In this document: one piece after another, positions 1 to 14,892 of the stretch
Numbering within the stretch: the first letter of the stretch is position 1
How the letters are laid out: every line of letters starts with the position of its first letter
Source: Eledone cirrhosa
Lineage: Eukaryota
Length of the DNA stretch: 64,000 nt
Assembly: GCA_964016885.1 (NCBI GenBank)
Contig: OZ024743.1
Location: 199,578,001-199,642,000, forward strand
Direction of reading: 5' to 3'
Translations under genes and position numbers: made by a program
The notes under the pieces: model-generated
The model's database searches: none
What the model was told of the DNA's origin: nothing
The model's input: the letters and a program-made list of their open reading frames with translations, nothing else

Positions 1-47
<47 letters not shown>

Positions 48-75
48 GTATATATATATGTATATATATATGTAT

Positions 76-107
<32 letters not shown>

Positions 108-111
108 GTAT

Positions 112-145
<34 letters not shown>

Positions 146-164
146 GTATATGTATATATATATG

Positions 165-247
<83 letters not shown>

Positions 248-266
248 GTATATGTATATATATATG

Positions 267-325
<59 letters not shown>

Positions 326-474
326 GTATATATATATATATGTATATATATATGTATATATATATATATGTATATATATATGTATATATATATATATGTA
401 TATATATATGTATATATATATATATGTATATATATATGTATATATATATGTATATATATATGTATATATATATG

Positions 475-506
<32 letters not shown>

Positions 507-518
507 CATATATATATG

Positions 519-565
<47 letters not shown>

Positions 566-600
566 GTATATATATATGTATATATATATATATTTATATA

Positions 601-655
<55 letters not shown>

Positions 656-656
656 G

Positions 657-696
<40 letters not shown>

Positions 697-700
697 TATG

Positions 701-763
<63 letters not shown>

Positions 764-782
764 GTATATATATATGTATATA

Positions 783-841
<59 letters not shown>

Positions 842-1066
842 GTATATATATATATATATGTATATATATATGTATATATATATATATATGTATATATATA
901 TGTATATATATATGTATATATATATGTATATATGTATATATATATGTATATATATATGTATATATATATGTATATATGTATATATATATGTATATATGTA
1001 TATATATATGTATATATATATGTATATATATATATGTATATATATATGTATATATATATGTATATA

Positions 1067-1109
<43 letters not shown>

Positions 1110-1158
1110 GTATATATATATGTATATATATATGTATATATATATGTATATATATATG

Positions 1159-1219
<61 letters not shown>

Positions 1220-1237
1220 GTATATATATATATGTAT
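1..1237. repeat. (TA)n microsatellite with periodic TG interruptions
   Basis: Seen directly; source of the spurious YIYI ORFs. Confidence 0.98.
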
Positions 1238-1605
1238 AACCAAAGATTAGTATGGTTCGTTGATTACTCAACGAATACAGTTTTACAATAGATTAGAAGC
1301 AGTCAACAATAAAATTTTCCTGGAATTTTTTAATATTATTCGAAATGTTAACAAATGAAAAATATTCGCATATTCAAAATATATACTTTATTATATATAA
1401 TCCAAAGGTACTGTGTTGTTTTTTCAGTACGTCCTCATCAGACAAAATATATGATTTGATATATGACATACCGCTACGGTCTTGATTTATATTTTGTCTG
1501 ATGAGGACGTACTGAAAAACAACACAATAAGTTTGAAATATATATAATAAAGTATATATTTTGATTATGCGAATATTTTTCATTTGTTAACATTTCGAAT
1601 AATAT
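1238..1605 (-). mobile_element. Hammerhead-bearing fold-back element (same family as 15962 and 20196)
   Basis: Inverted arms 1333-1451/1488-1605. The + arm hammerhead (1489-1555) keeps CTGATGA and GAAA-TATATA-TA, with an eroded stem II. The - arm copy has GAAA changed to GGAT. Tail 1238-1332 (TTGAGTA on the - strand) abuts the TA tract. Confidence 0.75.
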
Positions 1606-1783
1606 ATATATCTATATATATATACATACGTGAGCCTACATATTACATATATGAGGAGCTTCCGATTACAGAGCAGGTTCGACCATTAATAGATAGTTCC
1701 TCCAGCTGATCGACAGTGAAACATATGTAATTAAATATGTATATGATGCAACACTTATTCTTTGTTCCCTTATATATTAATAC

Positions 1784-1842
<59 letters not shown>

Positions 1843-2167
1843 CACATATATGTATATATATTTCTGTATGTGCGCGGATGTGCGACTATAGGGTGATGTA
1901 ATATGCAACCGGTGAAAATAGATGATCTTTATTTAATCAGACTTTAAGTCTCGCCTTAGTGAAAAGATTATATGTTGAGCTAGTCTCATATTTTTGCTAC
2001 CCTTTTTTTGCATAGTAAGTTAGTGATTCTAAGATTCCTAGGTCATATACTTCAAACCATTTCAAACCTTAATTATATAGCTTGAAACTAGATTAAATTT
2101 GAAGCAGCAGCTTTTTTCCGAACTCTTAATTCTAACTGGAAAAATAGGGTTCATCGTGTAATGTGTA

Positions 2168-2468
2168 ATGCCCTCCCCGCCTCCCTCTCCCCACTCCACC
2201 CGCCACCACCCCTACACGCCCACACCCTTCCACCACTTGTTTATCTTCATGTTTATTTTTATTTTTATTTGTACCCCCCCCTCTTTTTTTTCTTCTAAAT
2301 GTCTCTCCTCCAGTCCCCTAGACACCCTCGGAACTCTCTTCCCACACACTTTTCGCCTGAAGAAGAGCTTATGCCCGAAACGTCGTTCCTCGCCCCCCAC
2401 TCTCAAGAGCATGAAACTAATAAACCTTTGTTCGTACTGCCTCTGTTTTGTTCCCGTTCCATTTTTCA

Positions 2469-2470
<2 letters not shown>
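2168..2470 (+). mobile_element. Penelope-like pLTR remnant with hammerhead at 2355-2386; homologous to ~24205-24520 (-)
   Basis: CTGAAGA-A-GAGC-TTAT-GCCC-GAAACGTC, then AATAAA at about 2419 and an end at (TA)n. Flanks are shared with the 24.2-24.5 kb copy (ctctcttcccacacacttttc, ctctcaagagc, aataaacctttgttcg). Confidence 0.7.
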
Positions 2471-2520
<50 letters not shown>

Positions 2521-2664
2521 ATACATATATATATTTATATATATATATATAAATATATATATGTATACATATGTATATATATATATATGTATACATATAT
2601 ATATTTATATATATATTATATATATATATATATATTATATATATATATATATGTATGTATACAT

Positions 2665-2705
<41 letters not shown>

Positions 2706-2868
2706 TATATGTATGTATACATATATATATATATTATATATATATATATATATTATATATATATATATTATATATATATATATATTATATATATATATAT
2801 ATTATATATATATATATATTATATATATATATATTATATATATATATATATATTATATATATATATAT

Positions 2869-2901
<33 letters not shown>

Positions 2902-2912
2902 AATATTATATA

Positions 2913-2950
<38 letters not shown>
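2470..2950. repeat. (TA)n microsatellite
   Basis: Seen directly. Confidence 0.97.
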
Positions 2951-2952
<2 letters not shown>

Positions 2953-2993
2953 CGATATTAAATAAATGGAAACTATATTTATAAAACCATATT

Positions 2994-3059
2994 TATTTCA
3001 TTATATATATTTCAGGGATATCATATTAAAAATATGTTATGCCTTCTTCAGACAAAATA
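2994..3059 (-). ncRNA. Minimal type I hammerhead ribozyme (left arm of fold-back)
   Basis: Reverse complement of 3214-3279. Confidence 0.8.
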
Positions 3060-3213
3060 CAATATAAACAGTCTTATAAATAGATAGATTCGACATACCT
3101 TTCAACTTCGACTTCTATTTGAAAAGTTGATTTGGTAGTAAATCAACTTTTCAAATAGAAGTCGAAGTTGAAAGGTATGTCGAATCGATCTATTTATAAG
3201 ACTGCTTATAATG

Positions 3214-3279
3214 TATTTTGTCTGAAGAAGGCATAACATATTTTTAATATGATATCCCTGAAATATATATAATGAAATA
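3214..3279 (+). ncRNA. Minimal type I hammerhead ribozyme (right arm of fold-back)
   Basis: TATTTTGT-CTGAAGA-[AGGCATAACATAT...ATATGATATCCCT]-GAAA-TATATA-TA-ATGAAATA. Palindromic stem III. Predicted cleavage after 3271. Confidence 0.8.
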
Positions 3280-3410
3280 AATATGGTTTTATAAATATAG
3301 TTTCCATTTATTTAATATCGTAAATATACTCCAAATACTTGTTGAGTGCTTTTATATCAGTTATAAATATTTACTCGTTGTTAACCCAACAATTTAAATA
3401 AAACTTTGCA

Positions 3411-4515
<1,105 letters not shown>

Positions 4516-4613
4516 TATGTATGTATGCAAAAATTAAACAGAAATAACAACACATTCGGTACAGTATATGGAAGGAATATATTAGGTTAAGGCTTGAAAT
4601 AGCAGGAAGAGGG

Positions 4614-4649
4614 TCTTAACGTTTCGGACGTTAGTCCTTCATCAGAAGA
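4614..4649 (-). ncRNA. Minimal hammerhead motif (Penelope-like type)
   Basis: Reverse complement reads TCTT-CTGATGA-A-GGAC-TAAC-GTCC-GAAA-CG-TT-AAGA: 4 bp stem I, 4 bp stem II, palindromic ACGT stem III. Confidence 0.75.
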
Positions 4650-4774
4650 AAGAATGAGAAATTAGAAAGAATGAAGGTACGGGAGGGCTGGATTTGGAAA
4701 AAAAAAGTTTTTAGAGAAAAATAAACAGGTCCATTAATGTCGCCATCTCTTGGCACACTCACACACACACACAC

Positions 4775-4848
<74 letters not shown>

Positions 4849-5081
4849 GTTGGGAGAAATCCTTAGATGAAAGATCAAGGAAAACAGTGTCCAATCTGTG
4901 CAAGAGAGCTTCTTTAGTATAAACAAAGTTTCATAGACTTAACATGTATGTGTTACCATTGGTTTCGGGTTCCACTCATATATCTAATTCCAAAAGGCGG
5001 CATATTTATTTTTCTAGACTTGGCATTCATATTATTGTAATAATGATAATAATAACAATAATAATAATAGTAATAATAATA

Positions 5082-5253
5082 ATAATTGTTTCTACCCTAG
5101 GCACAAGGGCAGCAATTACTCAGTGCATTACTGCTACTTTATTTTATCGACCCCGTAAGGATGAAAGGCAAAGTCAACCTCGGCGGGATTTGAACTCAGA
5201 TCGTAAAGGGACGTAACGATGCTGGAAAGCATGGCGTCCGACACTCTACCGAT
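5082..5253 (-). mobile_element. tRNA-derived SINE
   Basis: Reverse copy of the 51737 family. Confidence 0.85.
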
Positions 5254-5540
5254 GTCGGGGTCTTGAACATTTTCATATATATATATATATATATAAACTC
5301 GATGAACACTATGCTTTGCCAATTTGAGTTCCTCCGTTGGGATTCAAGTGTTTCTCATTATTTGAGAATTAATACTGTTCTGATGCAGCAACACTTAGAA
5401 TTTAAGATCATCTGGGTGATCGCTCCCTCCATTATTGTCTCTTCCTTCTCTATCTACTGGAAATTATCAATTGTTTGCTATATGCCACGGGCATTAAAGT
5501 GTTAAGCACCGAACGACCATATGTATTGACGTACTGAATA

Positions 5541-5724
5541 ATTATTTCTACGTTTATCACAAGGCCAGCAATTATCCAGTACATTACTGGTACTTTATTT
5601 TATCGACCCCGTAAGGATGAAAGGCAAAGTTAACCTCGACGGGATTTGAACTCAGAATGGCAACGGCCGTAACTCTATACGTCAAAACATGGCGTCCGAC
5701 CCTCTACCGATACTGCCAATCCAC
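5541..5724 (-). mobile_element. tRNA-derived SINE
   Basis: Reverse copy of the 51737 family. Confidence 0.85.
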
Positions 5725-6572
5725 TAATGTACTCAGAAATATCTATTATAAATTGAAATTTTCCATTTAGTTGAAGAAAGAAAACAAAAATCTAACGGCG
5801 CACGTTAGCGACTCACAAAGAAAAGGGGAGATAATTTCATTTTATTTAATTAATAGTTAATTAAACAAGTTTAATTCTCATGTTTTTAGGAAAATATAAT
5901 GTTTCTTAGTAAGGATGGTGACATAATTATTGTTTTTCAACGCCTAAGGTACTATGAATAAGATGTTTAGCCTAGTGACAAAGCTATTGGACCCAAGATC
6001 AGAAAATCCTGTGTTCCATTCCTGAACTGGATGGTGCTTTGTGTTCTTGAGCAAGACACGTAGATTTATGATACTTTTTATGACAGGATTTCCCCTCATC
6101 TTCACCATTTAAACTCCCAACGAACCTCCCCTAAGATGTATATTCGTAGGAGGCCAGTTGTAATTTTTCTCTATTTTTTTTTTCAACACATATTATGACA
6201 TTTTATATAGGAATTTGTATGGGGAACACCTTCCTAAACCACACTATCAATTTGTTATATCGATCATTAAAAAATCACAGCAAACGCTATGTTGAAGTAA
6301 GTATACATACTTGACAACCAAGAAACCTAATAAAAGAAAAAAACAGACATGAAAAAAACAAGCAGTATGAAATAGAATAGAGAAAGTCTCACCCTTCCCA
6401 CACATGGCCTTTCTTCCTTTTATTAATATTGTTTGTTTAGTTTTTATGTTTGAGGTGTCATCGTGGGCTCAAGACTTTGTGCCCATCCTTCCTATATATG
6501 ACAATAAGAAAAGCTGGTTCTACACTCAGACACACATATACATATATGTAAATATATATAAAAATAGCAGAC

Positions 6573-6700
6573 TGCTTTGACGCATAGAGTTACGGCCCTT
6601 GCCATTCTGAGTTCAAATCCCGCCGGGGGTCGATAAAATAAAGTACCAGTAATGTACTGGGATAATTGTTGGCCTTGTGCCAATAGTAGAAACAATTATT
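6573..6700 (+). mobile_element. tRNA-derived SINE, 5'-truncated with internal deletion
   Basis: Family sequence, with cgccg joined directly to ggggtcgata. Confidence 0.85.
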
Positions 6701-6702
6701 TA

Positions 6703-7243
<541 letters not shown>

Positions 7244-7337
7244 CATGTGATAACGAAGTTTGTATTGCACATCGAACGATCCATAAGTTTCACAGATGAA
7301 AGGCTCGAGGTTTTGGGCGGCGTTATAGACCTGACTC

Positions 7338-7368
<31 letters not shown>

Positions 7369-7679
7369 ATATCATACTTGGCTATCCGGTCATTTTGGGC
7401 TGTGATGACTCGTCCAACCAATGCAATGATGGTAAACGGACTTAAATTGATGGTGGTGTGAAGTCGCCAGTGTGCACCGCAAGACGGTGGTGTTGGAGTC
7501 ATGATAAAAAGCTCCCAATTCACGACGGAAAATGGTTGGTGTTAGAAAGACCAACTCGCCATAGAAACCAAAATGGTGCGTGCGAGCTAGACTGACCAGT
7601 CTAACTTCAGTGCCTGATCATCCGTTAAACGCATGCAAGTATGGAAAGTGGACATTAAACATATGTTAACGCTGGTGTG

Positions 7680-7750
<71 letters not shown>

Positions 7751-7772
7751 TATATATATATATACACATATG

Positions 7773-7834
<62 letters not shown>

Positions 7835-8454
7835 GTTTGTGTGCATTTGTCAGCTTTTGTATATATTAATGTTCACATAAATACTTTACATATGACAAAT
7901 ACTGTACTGTTATGCATGTGTTAAATTTACAAATATACAAGGTTATTCGGTGCATAATTAAATGTACTCTTTTATTTAGGTATTTCTTTCTTTATTTAGC
8001 TTTCTTGATAAAATTAATTCTTGTTGTGACCCTGTCTGAACACAATCGGAGAAACTTGATAAAAACAAATGTATAACATTGAGTATATAACCCACCCACC
8101 TCTTTCTTTGTTGTCTGTTTAGCTCTGTGTTTATATATAAGTATACGTGTGATCGTTTGTCTGCGTATGTAATATATGTATATGTATATAGATACGATCA
8201 CATGCATATATATATATATATATGTATATGTGTGTGTGGGTGTGGGTGTAAATATATAATGTTTATATATGTGCGCGTGTGTATATATATAATGTTTATA
8301 TATATGTATATATGTGTGTGTATATATATATGTGTGTATGTATATATATAATGTTTTTATATATATATATAGACGTATCTATATATATACATACATACAC
8401 CCATCTATCCATACGCACTCAGGGCTGTATAGGGACATGCCAATAAAGGATCAA

Positions 8455-8489
<35 letters not shown>

Positions 8490-8490
8490 T

Positions 8491-9110
8491 GTTACCAGTT
8501 GGTGCTACTGGTAACATGTATAACAGTACAACCTGTCTCATGGTCGGGTCGTTGGCGAGTAAACTGGCAACCCCACCAAGGTTTCTTGGTGAGGAGGGTG
8601 ACTTTGGACATCCTGCAGGACTAAAAACAAAACCTGTCAAAGGGCAAAGGAGCTCATAAGAGTCAATGGCCATCCAAAATCACCGGGATAGATGACCCCT
8701 TAGCCTTTGTCAAGGCAGAATTCTAGGAGAAGGAAAGCTCTGATGTAACACCTGCAACCCTGATGGTATCCAATGATGTTGACTTGTTCTTCTTTTTGGT
8801 AAATATCATCTTGGTTAAGAGAGTGGGACTGGCTTTGTGCAGTGCCTTTGCTTACTATAAAAGCTTCACGGCACAGGCATTGCTTTATATCTGGAGATCT
8901 CTCTGCACTTGTCGTCACATGGAACCATGGGCCCAGCACTGTGTGTCAATAATTGTCACAAGTGTAGTGTTTGTACCAGAGTTTTCAAGTCGCTGGCTGG
9001 ACTACAAAGTCACACTCGTTCAGCGCATTGGTAGGGGTTCTCCTCAATGGATATAAAGTAGTGGCCGTACTCGAAAACGAATTGGCAGCCGCCATGTATG
9101 TGTGGTGAGG
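8491..9110. mobile_element. Probable degraded retroelement fragment (RTE 5'-UTR-like)
   Basis: Higher-GC island with taaactggcaacccc and aggagaaggaaagctctg motifs reminiscent of RTE leaders. No intact ORF. Confidence 0.35.
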
Positions 9111-9227
9111 TTGTAATATGTGCTGAATTCCAGTAAACTATTTGGTTTAATTTAAAAAAAAAATGTTTAGCTTATTTCGAAATACATATACATACTACTT
9201 ACGTAGATACGCACAAAATACTTACCG

Positions 9228-9280
<53 letters not shown>

Positions 9281-9470
9281 CATGTGTGTGTGTGTTTATG
9301 CATTAAACCCTTAAGTTTTGTCAGGAATGTAATAAGATATTTCATCTATCCCTGTGTTTGCTATGTGAAGTGCTGAAAACTTATATTTTATAGAATAAAC
9401 TTGCCTTCTGCTATTTTTTCTCCATTTCTCTGTGCAACATCTTATCTCCCCTACCCCTCTCTTTCTCGCT

Positions 9471-10033
<563 letters not shown>

Positions 10034-10397
10034 GTGGAGCAAGAACCTTCTCCTCTATTTGCGCCCAGCATCTCATCAATGTACAATTTCACTTGTTCTA
10101 ATAAGGAATTCCATTAGAGAATGTTATTAAATGACATTACAGATATCCCCTTCCCTTCGTAATTCTTTATCCCAGTCCTCCCCTGTCTCAAAACCCTTTG
10201 TTCTTCTTTAGTCACACTTATTCATATATACAAGTCTTTATATAATATGTTTGATATACAGGACTGCACATATGTATGTACATATCGTTAAACACAGTCT
10301 CACATGTAAATGCATACACATTTATATATTTATATATACATATGTGAGTCTGTGTGTGGAATTTACTTCTTTTTGATTTCGTTTAGAAAGTATTTAA

Positions 10398-10626
10398 TCC
10401 TTTAGTTACCAGCCCAACCAAATTCGGTTCTGGTTTTGTGAAATGATACCACCCATTTTAAAGGTTTCCAATTTAAATTAAAATTTTCCAACATGATTTT
10501 ATGCTATAACCTTACATTAATTAACTATCTTAGTAATGAAATACTTAACAATTTTAGCAAATGTCTCAAAAATGTTCATTATTTGAAAATATAGTGTACT
10601 TCATTAGAAATGTAGTCCTGAAAGGG
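10398..10626. mobile_element. Older piggyBac-type MITE, family 2 (related pieces near 22080-22390, 30120-30334, 48052-48285, 49322-49550, 54095-54280, 57533-57740)
   Basis: TTAA|TCCTTT...AAAGGG|TTAA, with a recurrent cattagaaat...gaaagggttaa end. Confidence 0.55.
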
Positions 10627-12643
10627 TTAACCTGAAACCTGATATTAACATTGAAGACAATTGCTGACGATGCTTGCCTGGGGATTCAACACAGAAATGG
10701 GGGTTATGAAGTACGGACGAAGGCATGGTTCTGTAGTTAGCTAGTTTATTACGCAACCATAAGCTCTCTGTTTCAATCTCACCTTGTGGCATCTTAACCT
10801 CATGTCACCCCAAGTCCCATGAGTTAAACTGGATAGACAGAAACTACATGGAAGCATCTTAGACGGACAGACGGGAACTGTAGTTCAAAGTCCAGTTTTA
10901 TATATTATGTCACATTGGTTCTACTTGACAGTACATGTGTCTGTGAAATAATATGCTAATTAGACGATGACAGAATAAGAATGTGGCTCTGTTGATCGTA
11001 AATTAGGAATAATTAACTAAACCCTCAGAGGATCCATTTAATTAGGGAAAAGGTTACTAGCATAGTTGGTCATCACTATCGTAGACAAACCCGGGCCCCA
11101 TCTCCCGAAATGCAGGCTAAAGAAAATTGACTAAATATCACGCCTTTTTGTACCGGTTACCATCGAGGCATTTGATCTCCCGCGGTCTCCGGATAACCAC
11201 TTTCTTCAGCCAAATCGGGAGAAGGACGTCACGTTTGAAAAAGAAATTCTGTAAGGTGTAATACTTGATATAGTGGACATCACTGGTTGTTCTTTGCGAG
11301 ATATATTTTCCACCTCCCCCATTTCTCCACTCCTCTTCAATATCTTCCTTTGGTGAATTTTGTAAATTGTATATTAGAAAGTAATCTATCGATTCTTAAA
11401 ATACATCTATATAAAGTTGATGATGGGCAACAACACAATTAATTAATGAAACAATTTACTAATTCCGTTGGTGTTAGTTTGTAGGCGGCTTGTTTTATAG
11501 ACAATCGGCTAAAATTCGTATAAAGTAAAAATAAGATTACAACGGACGATAAGGAGAAAGTGATAATTAGTAACGCTAGAAATAGCTCACACAAACCCAC
11601 AAAAAACTGCTCGACTAAGCTAGGAGCATAAATATCAAAATATATCGATATATAATATCACGATCATACGGCTCTATGATCGCTCAATAAGAGAATTGAC
11701 GCTTAAAAATCTAAAACCTCCGCTCTTCCACACTGCCGATATTAGAGTAAATCACAAATCTCATCTATATATATGTGTGTATATTGTTTTGCTGTTGACC
11801 TCGCTGGTATAACTGTTGTTACTGTTATTGTTATCCACTCTCTCCCTCTCTGTCTTGCTGTCTGTGTCAATTAAAGACTCCTACTGTTGGGACTGTCAAC
11901 AACCTTTACCGAACAACAACAACAATAAAATTGGGGTTGTGGTAGTGATGAGGGGGGAAACCGTACAAAGCTCTTTTGGCTTCATCCCTCATAACTCTCT
12001 AGAGGTCATGTCACTGAGGTAGACCCCCACTCCCAAAACAGCCAGTGGGGTCAGTGTTGATGACAGCAAGTAGAAGTGATGATAGAGGTGGTGGTGGTAG
12101 TCGGGGAAGGAGTCGTTGTCGTTGTGGCATCGTTGCTTGGGTGAAGGAAGGAAAGAGGTTAGGTAGAAGAAAAAAGTAGGAGGGGGTAAAAATAAAAGGA
12201 GCAGAAGGTTAATGGAAGGAAGAGAAGATAAGTGATGACCCACCACCACCAACACCCTGGATGTTTTTACTTAGTTGGGTAGGTACCCCATAAATAAAAA
12301 GTAAAATAACCCAAATATAAAAGAAAAAAAACCCAATTCGCACAGGCTTGGGACCATAGAGTGTGAGTAGAGAAAGAAGTATAAGAGATAGTGAGGGAGT
12401 AGAGAGAGAAATATAAGAGATACTGTGGGAGTAGAGAGAGAGATATTAGAGGTAGCGAGAGAAATGGTGTTGTGTGTGAAAGAGAGAGAGAGAGAAAAGG
12501 GACAGTGGGTGTGGGATTTCAACCTTGAGCCGATCATTCATTCATTTTCCTCTTTTGTGAGAAAACAACTGAACAATATAACATTTATCTGTTGTTGTTT
12601 ATAACATGTTGACATGGGATATGGTGTTGTAGTCTTTATACTG

Positions 12644-12694
<51 letters not shown>

Positions 12695-13003
12695 TCAGTA
12701 TAAAGACATATATATATATATATAGTGTATATATATATATGTGTGTGTGTGTGTGAGCCTAATATAACTGTACTGTGTAATTATGCCTCGTGTTTTGTTT
12801 GTTTCATTTATTATCTATATTATTATATATATATATAAATTTTAATATAGAAATGGCTTCTACAGGACTAGAACTGTTTCATTCAAAAGAAATCATCAAG
12901 AAACCCCTGATGATAAACTCGATGTTTTTACTCTACTAATGTATTGAGTACCTTACTAATTTTGGTTACCCCCGATTGAACTTAGGACTCACACCCACAC
13001 ACA

Positions 13004-13049
<46 letters not shown>

Positions 13050-13610
13050 TGTGTGTATATGTACACACGCACCTATATAGTCGTAGTCTAATGATTTAAA
13101 CCAGTAAATATGTGTGTGTGCGTCCCAAATTCAGTAACGGGTATATAGTTTATTTGTATATATATTTGCGTACACATTGTGTTTTTACTATCTCTTAAAT
13201 ACACTAAAGACCAAAGTTGACTCGTAGAATCGGTAACAATTGATGACCACAATTATGCATGATTTGGTCAGTACCAAAGATTGCATTTTTCTATTATTCT
13301 TTGATCATCATTCTTTTTTTTTGCTTCCTGTCAATATTGTTTTGTGCCCAAACCGTCCAAAGTTATCTTTTGTCAAATGGTGGAATCCTAAATACAAATA
13401 ACTATAACACAAACTAACGAATGACCTACTACATGGTCGTTTGCCCTGCTAAAAATAGCTGCTCTGATCTCTGTTATTTTCTTTCAATTGGCAACATATC
13501 CAGTAATTTATTTCATCTGGAATGTTCGAAATATTTCGAGCGATTTTTTTAAGCTGTTTAATCATGGAGGGAAGGACAGTGACTATAACCCATTTCAGGA
13601 CTCTGTAGAC

Positions 13611-13775
13611 CACATATAGGCAACCTTTTTCGAGCAGTGGGCCGCATAGGATGTAGCTCATCATAAGGCGGGTCGCACTACTAACAAATTCAAGGCAATT
13701 TTAAAATTAGGGATGTCATTCAGAAAGCCAAAACGGGCCGCATGCGCCTCGCGGACCACAGTTTGCCCATGACTG
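13611..13775. mobile_element. hAT-type MITE with 8 bp TSD
   Basis: TSD CTGTAGAC/CTGTTGAC. Imperfect TIR CACATATAGGCAACC...GTTTGCCCATGACTG. Subterminal GGGCCGCA motifs. Confidence 0.75.
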
Positions 13776-14208
13776 CTGTTGACATACAGGAGGAAGGGTG
13801 ATATCGGCAAATATTTCTAGGGTGGATGCCATACATTTGTAACACTAAGCTGTTAAGACATCGCTTTAACTTACAATGTTATAAGCAGTGACCAGTCACT
13901 ATCAAAAACCTCATTGCCAAACACGACGTAGTCATTCGTCTTACTAGAAATAGCTGACAAATTTTCCTCAAAGCCACCATTATATATAGATTGTGGAATT
14001 CAGTAAAGCTCTGAGTAAAGATGAAAAAAAGTTCACTGACTCCGTTCCGTTAACTATAAATTCGACTTCAAAGTATTTTTTTTTTCTTTCGTTTTGTACA
14101 CAGAAACGTATCCTGATGTGTGTGTGTATGTATATATATATATAATATGTACATGTGTGTGTATATATGTACATGCATACAAACAAACCACTATGAAACG
14201 TACTGGGG

Positions 14209-14263
<55 letters not shown>

Positions 14264-14716
14264 AACCACGGTACGTTTTGTATACGCATAAACGTGTATG
14301 TGTGGGAGGGGTGGCTCTGTAACATTTTGTATGAGAGAAACAAAGTAGCTAAATAAAGAAATAGACCCAGGGGAATAGCAAGGTCATTTCATGTAGAAAT
14401 ATTTCAAATTATACCATGGGACACAGTTAAAGAGCAATTGTTGTGAACAGACAAAGCAAACAATTGTTGTGGCATATATCACTCCAGTGCCAATGTCAGA
14501 TCTTGAAACCCTACCCCCACCCATCCCATACACATACACACATGTTGAGATATACTCAAGACAATAGAAATATCACAATATGAACTGGTGAGGGTGCTGA
14601 TGATGGTGGAGATAAAGAATCGCTAGAATGGCGGAGTATTAAGCTACTTGCCGTCTTTTTCTTATGTTCTGAGTTCAAATACTAGCAAGCTCAACTGTGA
14701 TTTTATTATTCCATAC

Positions 14717-14892
14717 TCGGTAGAGCGTCGGAAACCATGCTTTGCAGCATAGAGTTCAAATCCCGCCGAGGTTAGCTTTGTATTTCATCCTTACGTGGTC
14801 GATAAAATAAAGTACCAGTAACACACTGGGGTCGATTTAATCGACTTTCCCCTCCCCCAAAATTGCTGGCCTTGTGCCTATATTAGAAACCA
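14717..14892 (+). mobile_element. tRNA-derived SINE, long-tail variant
   Basis: Family core plus the segment ggggtcgatttaatcgactttcccctccccc. Confidence 0.85.

Larger units (their letters stand above)
2951..3410 (+). mobile_element. Hammerhead-bearing fold-back element (Penelope-like pLTR/retrozyme-type remnant) between TA tracts
   Basis: Near-perfect inverted repeat 2951-3133/3140-3322 with loop GGTAGT, then a unique tail 3323-3410 containing GTTGAGTGCT that runs into (TA)n. Confidence 0.75.

Noticed and set aside
34-1291. Long YIYIYM ORFs (also 2168-2984, 3406-4590, 36463-39000, 45035-46738)
   Set aside because: These are translations of TA/TG microsatellites, which lack stop codons in several frames. 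They are not genes.
1650-1740. GAAA-CATATG-TA hammerhead-like 3' half (similar weak strings near 7270-7340 (-), 10080-10120 (-), 12855-12925 and 60800-60830)
   Set aside because: No intact CTGANGA with pairing stems. Possibly truncated relics, but not supportable by eye.
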